NCBI GenBank assembly: GCA_003599295.1
Contig: QZJK01000001.1
Location: 88 to 64,087, forward strand
Direction of reading: 5' to 3'
Origin: Candidatus Parcubacteria bacterium
GTDB lineage: Bacteria; Patescibacteriota; Minisyncoccia; Phycocordibacterales; UBA2100
Length of the DNA: 64,000 bases
The notes under the pieces are model-generated. The model ran no database searches, was not told the origin of the DNA, and saw only the letters and a program-made list of their open reading frames with translations. This document shows, one piece after another, positions 50,101-60,100 of the stretch (the stretch's first letter is position 1; every line of letters starts with the position of its first letter). Both the position numbers and the translations under genes were made by a program.

Positions 50101-50757
50101 TTACTCCGCTTTCTTCTTCTCTTCTGCCGGGGCGGCCGCTTCCTCCTCTGCTTTCTTCTCTTCGCCTATGATGACGGTCTCCGGAGCGGGAATAACTTCG
50201 ACCACCTCTTCCTTGAACTCTTTGACTGAAGCGACTATTTCATCAGGGCTTGTGACAAGCGAGGCGCTTCCCGGAAGCTGTATGCGTGAGGCGGTAATGT
50301 GGTCTCCGATGTTCTCGAGTACTGAAAGGTCGACGGGGAGACTGTGCGGCAGGTCTTGCGGCGTCACCTCGATCTCCACTTCGTGCAAGGTCTTTACCAC
50401 AATGTGTCCGGCCTTTTCGGCGGGTGCCTGGCCTTCGAAAGTAAGCGGGACTTTTATCTGCACCTTCTTTCCCTTCTCGATGACATAGAAATCGGCGTGC
50501 TCAAGCTTGCCTGTCACTGGGTGGAACTGCACATCGTGAATGAGGGCGTCTTTTTCCTCACCAACGCCTGTAAGACGAATAACGGTCGTCTCACCCGCTT
50601 GCCGCCAGAGGCGTTCGAATTTCAAGGAGTCGATGGCGATAGGTGTTGTCTTTTCCTTCGGGCCGTAAAACACAGCAGGAACGACCCCTTGCTTCCGAAG
50701 GGTGTCTGCAGATTCTCCCGCTTCGCGCGGCTGTATTTCAAGCTGTATTGCGGACAT
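50101..50757 (-). CDS. rplY: 50S ribosomal protein L25 / general stress protein Ctc
   Basis: MSAIQLEIQPRE...AVFYGPKEKTTPIAID...; C-terminal Lys/Glu/Ala-rich tail. Confidence 0.8.
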   Translation of the reverse strand: MSAIQLEIQPREAGESADTLRKQGVVPAVFYGPKEKTTPIAIDSLKFERLWRQAGETTVIRLTGVGEEKDALIHDVQFHPVTGKLEHADFYVIEKGKKVQIKVPLTFEGQAPAEKAGHIVVKTLHEVEIEVTPQDLPHSLPVDLSVLENIGDHITASRIQLPGSASLVTSPDEIVASVKEFKEEVVEVIPAPETVIIGEEKKAEEEAAAPAEEKKKAE

Positions 50758-50876
50758 AAGAGTGCTCAATATACCGAAAGGCGAGGTAGAAGTCAAAATT
50801 AAAAAGACAGAATGAGCGCTCGGGATTTTCCCCGCCTCTCATACGTTATATCCCATACGTTATACGGTATACTTCT

Positions 50877-51866
50877 TTGATGCGGTACGACTTTGTTTCT
50901 TTCGGCGACATTACGACCGACGCATTCATCAAGCTGAAAGATGCCCGGGTGAACTGTGATATCAACGACGAGAACTGCATGCTGTGCGTGAAGTTCGGCC
51001 AGAAAATACCCTTCGAATCGGTGACGGAAGTGCTCGCGGTCGGAAATGGACCGAACGCCGCAGTGTCTGCCCACCGTCTCGGTCTTTCGAGCGCCCCTGT
51101 TACGGATATAGGCGATGATAGGAACGGCACTGATTGCGTAGCGGCCTTAAAAGAAAGAGGAGTATCGACGGAATACGTGAGGGTGCATCCGGGAAAGAAG
51201 ACAAATTATCATTACGTTCTGCAGTACGAAGCGGAGCGTACCATTTTGGTAAAGCATGAAGAGTTCGACTACAAGATGCCGGCCTTTAGTGAACCGCCGA
51301 AGTGGTTTTATCTTACGTCGCTCCCCCTCCATTCAATCGATTACCAGCTTTCGATAGCAAAGTACGCGAAAGAGAATGGGGTAAAACTCGCATTCCAGCC
51401 GGGAACATTTCAATTGAAACTGGGGAAAGAAAAACTCGCGCCCGTGTACCAAGCGTCAGAGATATTCTTTTGCAACAAAGAGGAAGCACAGCAAGTTCTC
51501 GGGACCGACGAACACGACATAAAGAAGCTTCTGACCGGTGTCCGTGCGCTCGGCCCGAAGATAGTAGTCATCACAGATGGACCGAAGGGTTCTTCTATCA
51601 TGGATGAGAACGGGGCTTGGAGTGCACCCATGTACCCAGATCCCGCACCCCCGAAGAACCGTACCGGTGCCGGTGACGCGACTGCTTCGACGACCGTAGC
51701 CTATATTGAAAAAGGGCTCGAGCCTAAGAACGCGCTCCTTCGCGGTCTCGTGAATGCAGCTTCGGTAGTACAGGGAGTTGGCGCACAGACCGGTCTTTTA
51801 ACCGACACGCAGATAGAGGAATGGTTCGCCAAGCGGCCGCCGGAATTCAAGACAACGGCTATCTAG
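50877..51866 (+). CDS. PfkB-family carbohydrate kinase (ribokinase/fructokinase-like)
   Basis: N-terminus VSFGDITTDAF; GNGPNAAV; C-terminal GAGDATAST (DTxGAGD-type motif). Confidence 0.8.
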   Translation: MMRYDFVSFGDITTDAFIKLKDARVNCDINDENCMLCVKFGQKIPFESVTEVLAVGNGPNAAVSAHRLGLSSAPVTDIGDDRNGTDCVAALKERGVSTEYVRVHPGKKTNYHYVLQYEAERTILVKHEEFDYKMPAFSEPPKWFYLTSLPLHSIDYQLSIAKYAKENGVKLAFQPGTFQLKLGKEKLAPVYQASEIFFCNKEEAQQVLGTDEHDIKKLLTGVRALGPKIVVITDGPKGSSIMDENGAWSAPMYPDPAPPKNRTGAGDATASTTVAYIEKGLEPKNALLRGLVNAASVVQGVGAQTGLLTDTQIEEWFAKRPPEFKTTAI

Positions 51867-52851
51867 TTTTCCTTCCGGCGGCTTTCTTTACGGCCGCGAT
51901 AATGTGGGAAACGCCCATGCCATAGTGCTCAATAAGTTCCTGCGGTGCGCCGGATTGGCCGAACTGGTCGTGTACGCCCACGAATTCCATCGGGGTCGGC
52001 GCCTCGCGCGCGAGAAATTCTGCGATGGCCCCTCCAAGGCCCCCCGCTACCTGATGCTCTTCGACGGTGACAACGGCCCCCGTTTCGCGTGCGCATGCGA
52101 GGACGGTCTCTTCATCAAGGGGTTTTATAGTGTGCACATTCACGACCGTGACCCCGAACTGTTCTTTCTCAAGTTCGCGCGCCGCGAGAAGCGCGTTATG
52201 CACCAAGGGGCCGGTTGCGAAGATGGCGACCTTCGGCTCGACGCTCTTCCACAACACATTCGCTTTCCCTATCGAAAATGGTGTTTCCGCCGTTGTCATG
52301 ATGGGCGTTTTTTCGCGCCCGAAGCGCATGTACACGGGTTTTCCTAATTTCGCCGCGGCGAGGGTCGCCTTCCTCCCCTCCTCGGAATCACACGGAGAAA
52401 TAACGGTGAAGCGCGGAAGTGCGCGCATGAGCGCAATATCCTCAAGCGCTTGGTGCGTCGCGCCGTCGGGTCCAACGGAAACTCCCGCATGCATGCCGCA
52501 GACAATGACGGGAACATTGTTTATCGCTATCGTCGTTCGTATCTGTTCCCAGTTCCTCCCCGGAGAAAATGTCGCGTAGGATGTTATGAAAGGGAGTTTA
52601 CCGTAATTGGCCATGCCCGCAGCGACCGTTGCCATGTTCTGCTCGGCAACGCCGACCTGAATGAACCGCTCCGGAAATGCCTTTTGGAAATGGTGCGCTT
52701 GCGTCGACTCGGCAAGGTCCGCGGAAAGAACGACTACGCGTACGTCTTCCTTTCCCGCCTCAACAGCGCCTTTACCGAACCCTTCGCGGGTCGAAGCCAT
52801 GTCCGGCTTTTCAAAAATATTCGAAGCGAGCTTTGCGTCGGGATTAATCAT
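51859..52851 (-). CDS. Transketolase C-terminal subunit (pyrimidine-binding / C-terminal domains)
   Basis: VAEQNMATVAAGMANYGKLPFITSYATFSPGRNWEQIRT; split-transketolase arrangement. Confidence 0.88.
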   Translation of the reverse strand: MINPDAKLASNIFEKPDMASTREGFGKGAVEAGKEDVRVVVLSADLAESTQAHHFQKAFPERFIQVGVAEQNMATVAAGMANYGKLPFITSYATFSPGRNWEQIRTTIAINNVPVIVCGMHAGVSVGPDGATHQALEDIALMRALPRFTVISPCDSEEGRKATLAAAKLGKPVYMRFGREKTPIMTTAETPFSIGKANVLWKSVEPKVAIFATGPLVHNALLAARELEKEQFGVTVVNVHTIKPLDEETVLACARETGAVVTVEEHQVAGGLGGAIAEFLAREAPTPMEFVGVHDQFGQSGAPQELIEHYGMGVSHIIAAVKKAAGRKTR

Positions 52852-53708
52852 ATTTGTGTTTCCTCGAGCTCTTTGAGGAACGTTTCCTTTTGTTTATCGG
52901 CGGGCACTTTATCCGTGGGGCCCTTCCCCGGCGGGTTTCCGTGCCAGCGGTAATCATTCTCTATGGAGGGAACGCCTTTGCCCGGCGTTGTGTGGGCAAG
53001 AATGAGCGTCGGTTTTTCTTTGATGGATTTCGCTTCGTCGCATGCGTCGATGAATTCAGTGATATTGTGCCCCCCGATCTCGATGACATGCCAATTGAAT
53101 GCCCGATACTTATCGGCAAGCGGTTCTAACGGCATCACGTCCTCCGTGTTGCCGTCTATCTGGATGTTATTCCTGTCCATGACAGCCGTTAGGTTCGTGA
53201 GCCGATATTTTCCGGCGAACATCGCACCCTCCCATGTATTCCCCTCTTCCTGTTCTCCGTCCGACATGAGGCAAAAAACGCGGAATGTTTTCTCATCCAT
53301 GCGCGCCGCATACGCGTACCCCGAGGCCTGCGAAAGACCACTTCCCAATGGCCCCGACGTCGTCTCGACACCGGGAAGCCGCTCGCGCTCGGGATGTCCC
53401 TGAAGGCGCGAGCCGAACTTACGCAAGGTGAGACATTCGGAGAGCGGAAAATACCCCGCGTGCGCCATCGCCGCGTAGCGAACTGGTGTGATGTGTCCAT
53501 TTGAAAGCATCAACCGGTCGCGCTCGTTCCAATCTGGATGTTTAGGGTCGTGCTTCAAGACATGAAAATAGAGCGCGGCGAAAATATCAGCCATTCCCAG
53601 GGGGCCCGCCGTGTGTCCGGATTTTGCCTCGGCGAGCATTTCAATTATCGTTCTTCGGATGGCCAAAGCTTTTTTTTCTATATCCTTTATCTGCTTGTCG
53701 GTGATCAT
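52848..53708 (-). CDS. Transketolase N-terminal subunit (TPP-binding)
   Basis: GHTAGPLGMADIFAALYFHVLKHDPKHPDWNERDRLMLSNGH; start at MITDKQIKD with GGGGG SD; 4-nt overlap with the C-terminal subunit gene. Confidence 0.88.
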   Translation of the reverse strand: MITDKQIKDIEKKALAIRRTIIEMLAEAKSGHTAGPLGMADIFAALYFHVLKHDPKHPDWNERDRLMLSNGHITPVRYAAMAHAGYFPLSECLTLRKFGSRLQGHPERERLPGVETTSGPLGSGLSQASGYAYAARMDEKTFRVFCLMSDGEQEEGNTWEGAMFAGKYRLTNLTAVMDRNNIQIDGNTEDVMPLEPLADKYRAFNWHVIEIGGHNITEFIDACDEAKSIKEKPTLILAHTTPGKGVPSIENDYRWHGNPPGKGPTDKVPADKQKETFLKELEETQI

Positions 53709-54139
53709 ACCCCCATGCTGATGAGATTGAGGCCGGTATCCTCGTCGCGTGCGCGAATTAAAGGCTGCGTCACATGCCAAAGGCAGAGCTCAAGAGTAAG
53801 TGCGACGCGAGCCCTTCGAAGATGCCCTCCTATGCACTCGAGCGATTCGTCGCAACGGGAAAGCACTGCATGCGCGTGTACGACAGGAAGCTCTTCAGCC
53901 ATCTCTGCTATGTTCCCATCCATGCTGGCGACCTCAAAAGGTCCTTCCTCTACCCGAAAAACATACTGCCGGGTCTCAAGGTCGTAGTACCCGATCTCAA
54001 CATCTTCGACTGCGCCGATGGCTTGGAACTGCGCCCAGTGAACTTCATTCTCCTCGCAAAAACGAGTCAGGGTCTCCATAAAATCCTCACCGCGGGAAAA
54101 CACGAGAAAGAAGCCGTTGTGTATCTGCACCGCCTCCAT
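53705..54139 (-). CDS. PPC/DUF296-family protein (predicted DNA-binding)
   Basis: FEVASMDGNIAEMAEELPVVHAHAVL resembles the DUF296 core; stop abuts the transketolase start. Confidence 0.5.
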   Translation of the reverse strand: MEAVQIHNGFFLVFSRGEDFMETLTRFCEENEVHWAQFQAIGAVEDVEIGYYDLETRQYVFRVEEGPFEVASMDGNIAEMAEELPVVHAHAVLSRCDESLECIGGHLRRARVALTLELCLWHVTQPLIRARDEDTGLNLISMGV

Positions 54140-54144
54140 GCCGC

Positions 54145-54837
54145 CTATTGTAGCGCATTTTCCGCAGCGACTTTCAGCGCTTGATACGCCGCTTTGGGGT
54201 CCTCTGCCTTAGAGATCGCAGAACCGACGCCGAATCGTGAAGCGCCCGCGCGCGCAAGGTCTGCGATGTTCTCTAGGCTGACTCCCCCGTCGATCGCTAT
54301 TAGGAGTTCCGGATGATCGTTGCGTAAGGTTTTTATTCGCTCGAGAATACCAGGTTCGTACGATGCGCCCTGTTTCCCTATCGTCGCGATGGACATCATA
54401 AGCACGACATCACATTCAGACACGGCCTTCTCTATTTTTTCAAGCGGTGTATGAAAAAGAATAGCCAAGCCTGCTTCCGCTCCACGCTTCCGCCACGCTT
54501 CTAGCGCACCACGCGCAGAATCCGTGCCGGTGAACGCTTCAATGTGTCCCATAATTCGTCTAGCGCCCGCACCGATAAGAAGTTCGCCTGTCTCTTGTGG
54601 TTCCTCGATCATGAGATGCGCTTCGTAGAGCACGCGCTCAGAGAGCGGCAGTTGCTTTGTGATTAACTCATCCCATTGTCCGCTCTGGTACGGCCATGAA
54701 ATTACGGGGGAGAATTTCCCGTCGCTCACATCAAGCTGGATGTGCGGCGCGAATGAAGCGAATGCGGAAGAGCGTCGTGCAAGCTCCTCAAAATCCGGAG
54801 GGCATGTATTCGTCGGAATTACCTCAATTGACCTCAT
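54145..54837 (-). CDS. rpe: Ribulose-phosphate 3-epimerase
   Basis: IQLDVSDGKFSP (HxDxMDG-like); TIM-barrel C-terminal motifs IAIDGGVSLENI. Confidence 0.8.
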   Translation of the reverse strand: MRSIEVIPTNTCPPDFEELARRSSAFASFAPHIQLDVSDGKFSPVISWPYQSGQWDELITKQLPLSERVLYEAHLMIEEPQETGELLIGAGARRIMGHIEAFTGTDSARGALEAWRKRGAEAGLAILFHTPLEKIEKAVSECDVVLMMSIATIGKQGASYEPGILERIKTLRNDHPELLIAIDGGVSLENIADLARAGASRFGVGSAISKAEDPKAAYQALKVAAENALQ

Positions 54838-55318
54838 CTATTTGTTTGACGCGCCGCGCATGGCGTTCTTCGCCGGTATGTGGAAGCACTAGCCAATCTT
54901 TTACTGCTTCTTTCGCCTCGTCGAGTGAAAGGAAGCGCAGACCGAGGCTCAATGCATTTGCATTGTTGTGCTCGCGTGATGAAGCAAGCATGTCGAGCTT
55001 TTTTCCGCTCATGTCGGTCTGCTCGCGAAGCGCCTTCCCGTAATACACCGCGCAACGAACGCCTTTGAAGCGGTTCGCGACCATCGCTTCACCTTGACCC
55101 GAAGCGCCTGCGATTATCGCACGGTTGTCGCGTCCCGCGAGAGAATCTTTGGATAATTTCAACGCGGCGCTCGCGATTATCGCGGGATAATCGTCGTTTG
55201 CGTCATACGTGGTAGCTCCGCAATCTTCTACTTCGTATTTGAGTTCATCTCGAACGAATGCGAGTAATTGATTCTTTATTTCGAACCCGCCGTGATCCGC
55301 CGCGAAATACACGCGCAT
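54824..55318 (-). CDS. rpiB: Ribose-5-phosphate isomerase B
   Basis: MRVYFAADHGGFEIKNQL...EDCG; RAIIAGASGQGEAMVANR. Confidence 0.88.
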   Translation of the reverse strand: MRVYFAADHGGFEIKNQLLAFVRDELKYEVEDCGATTYDANDDYPAIIASAALKLSKDSLAGRDNRAIIAGASGQGEAMVANRFKGVRCAVYYGKALREQTDMSGKKLDMLASSREHNNANALSLGLRFLSLDEAKEAVKDWLVLPHTGEERHARRVKQIDEVN

Positions 55319-55320
55319 GG

Positions 55321-56331
55321 TTATTTGAGTCGCTTCCCTACCTCAAGAACGTGGAGGATGAGTGTGTGCACGTATCCCATTTCATTGTCGTACCACGCGA
55401 GAACTTTGACGAGCGTGCCGTCTACGACCCGAGTCATCTGGAGGTCCGCAATAGCGCCATAAGGAAGCCCCAGAATGTCGGATGATACGAGCGGTTCTTC
55501 GGAAACCGCGAACACGCGCTTCCATCGCTCGCTTGCCGCCGCCGCTTTGAGCGCACCGTTCACCTCTTCGACGGTCGTCGGCTTTTTCGAAACGAATGTG
55601 ATGTCTGCGATAGAACCTGCTGCAACGGGAACGCGAACTGAAATACCGTCGAATTTTCCTTTGAGCGACGGGTGGGCAAGCGCAGTCGCCTTTGCGGCAC
55701 CCGTTGACGAGGGCCCCAGGTTTGCTGCTCCCGCGCGTCCGCGGCGGAAATCGTCCGGCGCCGGACCGTCCACGATGGACTGTGTTGCCGTGTACGCGTG
55801 CGTCGTGTTCAGGATCGCGCGCTCGATGCCGATTGCCTCATTTAAAACGCCGACGATGGGCGAGCAGGCGTTCGTCGTGCAGGAAGCGTTCGAGGTGATG
55901 GCGCCCGCGCTCTCGAACAGTTCCTCGTTCGCACCGATGAGTATCGTCTCGACGCCGTCGCCTTTTGCGGGAGCCGTAATGACGACGTGTTTCGCACCGG
56001 CATCGATGTGCGGCTGGGCTTTTTCTTTCGATGTGAAAATGCCTGTTGATTCAACGACGACGTCCACATTCATGTCTTTCCACGGAAGCTTCGCGGGTTC
56101 CCGCTCCGAAAGCACGGGAATGGTTACCCCGTCGACGATAAGTGCCGCACCCTTTGCTTCAACCGAAAATGGCGCACGGCCGTACACGGTGTCGTACTTC
56201 AAAAGGTACGCGAGATTTTCGGGGCTCGTGAGGTCATTGACCGCGACGACTTCAATATCTTTGTTGGCATGGGACGCCCGCATAAACGCGCGGCCAATTC
56301 TTCCGAATCCATTTATCGCCACTCGCACCAT
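55321..56331 (-). CDS. gap: Glyceraldehyde-3-phosphate dehydrogenase
   Basis: MVRVAINGFGRIGR; ASCTTNACSPIV active-site Cys motif. Confidence 0.93.
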   Translation of the reverse strand: MVRVAINGFGRIGRAFMRASHANKDIEVVAVNDLTSPENLAYLLKYDTVYGRAPFSVEAKGAALIVDGVTIPVLSEREPAKLPWKDMNVDVVVESTGIFTSKEKAQPHIDAGAKHVVITAPAKGDGVETILIGANEELFESAGAITSNASCTTNACSPIVGVLNEAIGIERAILNTTHAYTATQSIVDGPAPDDFRRGRAGAANLGPSSTGAAKATALAHPSLKGKFDGISVRVPVAAGSIADITFVSKKPTTVEEVNGALKAAAASERWKRVFAVSEEPLVSSDILGLPYGAIADLQMTRVVDGTLVKVLAWYDNEMGYVHTLILHVLEVGKRLK

Positions 56332-56382
56332 CCAACTGTTATACCATTTTCACTGCGCTTGAGTGCGTCCGTATCTGTTAAT

Positions 56383-56407
56383 ATGATTGACATCGTAAGT
56401 CAATCAT
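56383..56407 (+). repeat. REP-like 25-bp perfect palindrome, copy 1 (left flank of the RAYT gene)
   Basis: ATGATTGAC-ATCGTAA-GTCAATCAT (9-bp stem, 7-nt loop). Confidence 0.85.
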
Positions 56408-57085
56408 ATGGAAGAGCTTTACCATTGCCTTAACCGCGGGGTCGACAAGCGAACGATCTTCACCGACAACAGGGACCGTGCTCGCTTCGTGCACGATCTC
56501 TATGAATTCAACGATGATAGACCAGCGTTCAACGCGGGGCGAGGGTTCAGCGGCAAGCCAGACCCCATGATTGACTTCGTAAGTCAATCATCGGAGCGGG
56601 GGGTGGCACTTGTCGACATACATGCGTGGTGTCTCATGGGAAATCACTACCATCTCTTACTTTCTGAAGCGAAAGAGGGCGGCGTTTCTCTCTTCCTTCG
56701 AAAGCTGAACGTTGGATATGCACGATATTTCAACGACAGACATCGGCGCCAAGGCACACTATTCCAGGGGCGAACAAAGAAGATCCATATCAGTTCCGAC
56801 GCGCATTTTCTCCACATACTGCACTATATTCATCTCAACCCGCTTGATTTTCTCAAGGGCTCTGAAGACTGGCGCTCGTTACGCGTCAAAAGCGCAAAAC
56901 AGGCCCTTAGCCATTTGATGCAATATCGTTGGAGCAGTTATCTTGATTACTGCGGCAGAAAAAATTTTCCTTCCATTCTGACGACCGGACTTTTCCGCGA
57001 TGTGTTCGGAAATTACGGAAGTGTCCTTTCCTCATACCTCAAGGATATTGAGCTTTCCGATGTCAAACCGTACCTGCTGGAATGA
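56408..57085 (+). mobile_element. tnpA: IS200/IS605-family HuH Y1 transposase (REP-associated tyrosine transposase-like)
   Basis: YHCLNRGVDKRTIF N-terminus; HuH motif GNHYHLLL; YIHLNPL motif; MQYRWSSYLDY candidate catalytic Tyr region; flanked by inverted REP-like hairpins; the unit is about 725 bp. Confidence 0.8.
56567..56591 (+). repeat. REP-like palindrome, copy 2, in-frame inside the RAYT ORF (encodes MIDFVSQS)
   Basis: ATGATTGAC-TTCGTAA-GTCAATCAT. Confidence 0.85.
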
Positions 57086-57106
57086 TTGACTTACGAAGTC
57101 AATCAT
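57082..57106 (+). repeat. REP-like palindrome, copy 3 (right flank, inverted loop relative to copies 1 and 2)
   Basis: ATGATTGAC-TTACGAA-GTCAATCAT; overlaps the RAYT stop and lies 5 nt from the giant gene stop. Confidence 0.85.
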
Positions 57107-57111
57107 TCCCG

Positions 57112-60100
57112 TTACGGGGTTGTGTCTTCAGGGACTTGAGGAGTCGGTTCTGGTGTAGGTTCCGGCGTAGTGGTTGCGGGTTCCGGTTCTGGTGTAGGTT
57201 CGGGAGCAGGTTCTGCTTGCGGTGAGCTTGTTGAATCCGGTTCAGTCTGCCCCGACTCGTCAGGCGTCGGGGATGTCGGTTCTGGCTCCGGAGGAGTCGT
57301 GGTCGCGGTATCAGGCGGCGGCGTTGTCCCTGTCTCTTCTGGCGGTGGGGTCGGAGTCGGCTCGTACACCTCGACGATGCGCGTCGCTACTGTGGCATTG
57401 TCGTCTTTGTCTACGGCGCGATAGGTTATCTCATAGGTCGTCGAGGTTGATGTGTCGAGGTGGACGGCGTTCACATGCTCGCCGTCCACAAATACCGTCG
57501 CGATGAGGCCGTCGTCCTTGTCGTCGGAAACGAGAGCGCCCAAGTCGGTGTATGAGCTGCCGACCGCGACGCGCGCAGGGTTGTCGCCCATGATGATTAT
57601 TCTCGGCGCACCAGCCTCTCCCGATGATTGACCTACGAGGTCAATCATTGAAGCTGGGTCGCCCTCGCCATTTCCATCTGCGTCCGTGGATGTAGAGGTA
57701 GAGGTAGACACCGCGGCTCCCGCAGCCATCGCCTCAAGGTCATCTCCGTCCACACAAAATTCGGTGCCGTCGGACTTTTCTACGCAGATCTCTTTTGTAT
57801 GCACACGATTCGCAAAGAAATCCGTAATCCCGTTCGCCGCGTCGGCGAACCAGGATGCGATGCTCCCAAAGAGCCGTCCGAGGAAACTGTTGTCGAAATA
57901 TGAGGGGGAAGTGGAGGTGGCTTGCTCCGAGCTCATGGCAGTTGAACTCGCGCTCGTGATGTCGGATGTGGTCGCGCTGGTGGTGGTCGTAGCGGGGCCG
58001 AAGAGCCGCTCGGTAAATGCGGTGATGAGGCGCTCCACGAATCCCGGTGTCGTGGTCGCGGTAGAGCTTGCGGCAGAGTTGGTGGCAAGCAGTGCATCAG
58101 TGAGCGCACTCAAGCTAATCCCTGGCTGGAGGTCAATAAATATTTCGATGAGTTCATCTTCGCTTGCGCCGCCCGTGTACGGCTCAAGCGCAATGCCAAC
58201 CGTCGCGTCAAAGAGTGTCGCTTTGCGGCCAACGCCCGGCGTTGATGAGAGCGCGATACGGTCGCCGATATTAATCTCACCGCCTTCTATAGTTACCTTC
58301 GTCGGCACGCGGCCCTTGAGAGCTACTGGCCGCTGGCCAAAGGGCTGCTTGGTGTCTCCGAGCAAGAGACCTGGTTTGGTCGAGATAACCCCCGCAAGTG
58401 GGCGGTCTGCTGCCGCGTCTGCTAGAGAGACTGCTATTGGATAGCTCGTTGCAATCGCAACGATGTCTCCCGCCTCAACACCTGGACCCTCCACAGCATA
58501 GAGCTCTGCCAGGTCTGCGCCGCTGTTGGAGATGGTGTAGATATATATGGTGACACCGCCGTGGCCGCCTTGGCCGCCGTCGCCGCCGGTGGTGCCGGCG
58601 CCGCCACCACCACCACCACCCATGGTGCCGTTGACGCCGTTGACGGAGCCCTGTATGCCGCCGTCGCCGCCGCCAAGAAAGCCGCCGAGGACGCTGCCGG
58701 TTTCGCCGGTTTCGCCGAGTTCGCTGTGGGCGCCGGTCTGGCCGTTGCCGTTGCTGTTGCCGGCGCCGCCACCGCCACCGCCGGGGCCGCCGGAGTTGCT
58801 GGCGCCGTTGTTGCCGGCGCCACCGGAGCCGCCGGTGTAGTTGAAATCACCCCCCGAGCCGGTGCCGCCGGTGCCGATGGTGGTGTTGGCACTTCCGCCG
58901 CCGCCGGCACCACCTGTCGCTTGGATGGTAGGGCTGGTGCATGCGGTTGCATTCGTTCCGTAGCAGGTGGTGCCTCCTGCCGTGCCCGTGCCAGTGCCGG
59001 TGTTCCCCGCGCCGCCTGCGGCGACGGTGTAGTAGCTTGCGGTCGTGTTCGTAATTATCTTCCGAGAATAGCCGCCTCCGCCACCGCCGTTGCCGCCGTC
59101 ATCGGCGGCATCTTCGCCGCCTCCGCCACCGCCGCCGCTTCCCCAAACCTCTGCGGTGTAGTACTGGGTGTTTGATGGGAGAGTAAGCACGCCTGCAGAA
59201 AAACTTGGGGAGCTGTCGACGGCTCCAGTAAAGACGACAGAGACGTTCGAGCCCGGCGTCGATGTGGAGTATACGAACGCAAGCGCTGTTGTCTCCCCTA
59301 TGCACTCGCCATTGCGGGCATAGCAGCCCGAGGTGATGTTGATACCAGTGCCGAATGTTGATGTTGCAGTTGCAGAAATATTTATCGTGTTTGCACCCGT
59401 GTTGCCCAATGAAAGTAATGTACCGGGACTGGAGGTGCCTATGCCGACGTTGCCGGTGTTTTGAACAATGGTGACAAGGTTTGCAGAAAAGGCCCCGGCG
59501 TCTGTCATCTTTTGGAATACCCAACCACCGCCGGTAATACTTGTCCCACCATCGTACACTAATCTTCCGTTCTGATTACCGGTAGTCCGGGTGTCAGACA
59601 TCATAAAGGCCGCTTGGCCTGCCGTGCTAACACTCAACTTTGAAAGAGGGCTCGTCGTCCCGATACCGACGTTGCCGGTACTGGTTACTACCACCTTAGG
59701 TGTATTGGTTGCGCCAGGAGTATCCGCGGTATTAAATGCAAATCCACCGTAACCACCCAAAGTAAGAGCATTAACATTAAACTCGCCATGTAGCCCACGA
59801 CCGATGTAGAGGCCCGCGCCGGTGCTTGTTGCCGCTGCTGCAGTGTCTCCAAAAGACACAACTCCGGTGGTGCCGTCGTAGCCGGATACTTTTAGATTTC
59901 CTTTTACTTCTAACCGGTCAATGGGGGTTGTATCTCCGATACCGACGTCGCCGGTCGAAGTTAGCCGCATTTTTTCTGAGAAGCCCGTCCCGTCCGCCGC
60001 CGTCGAAGGTCCGAAACGGAGATCGTTGACGGTCCCTCCATTCCAGTGGATGGCCGGGCCGACGCTGCTGTGCGCGAACAGTGAAGTGTAGTCGTTGCCA

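Noticed and set aside
58434-59175. ORFs on both strands within the Gly-rich GC repeat of the giant gene (58434-58952-, 58561-59175+)
   Set aside because: They are low-complexity frames of the (GCC)n region. The in-frame giant ORF explains the sequence.
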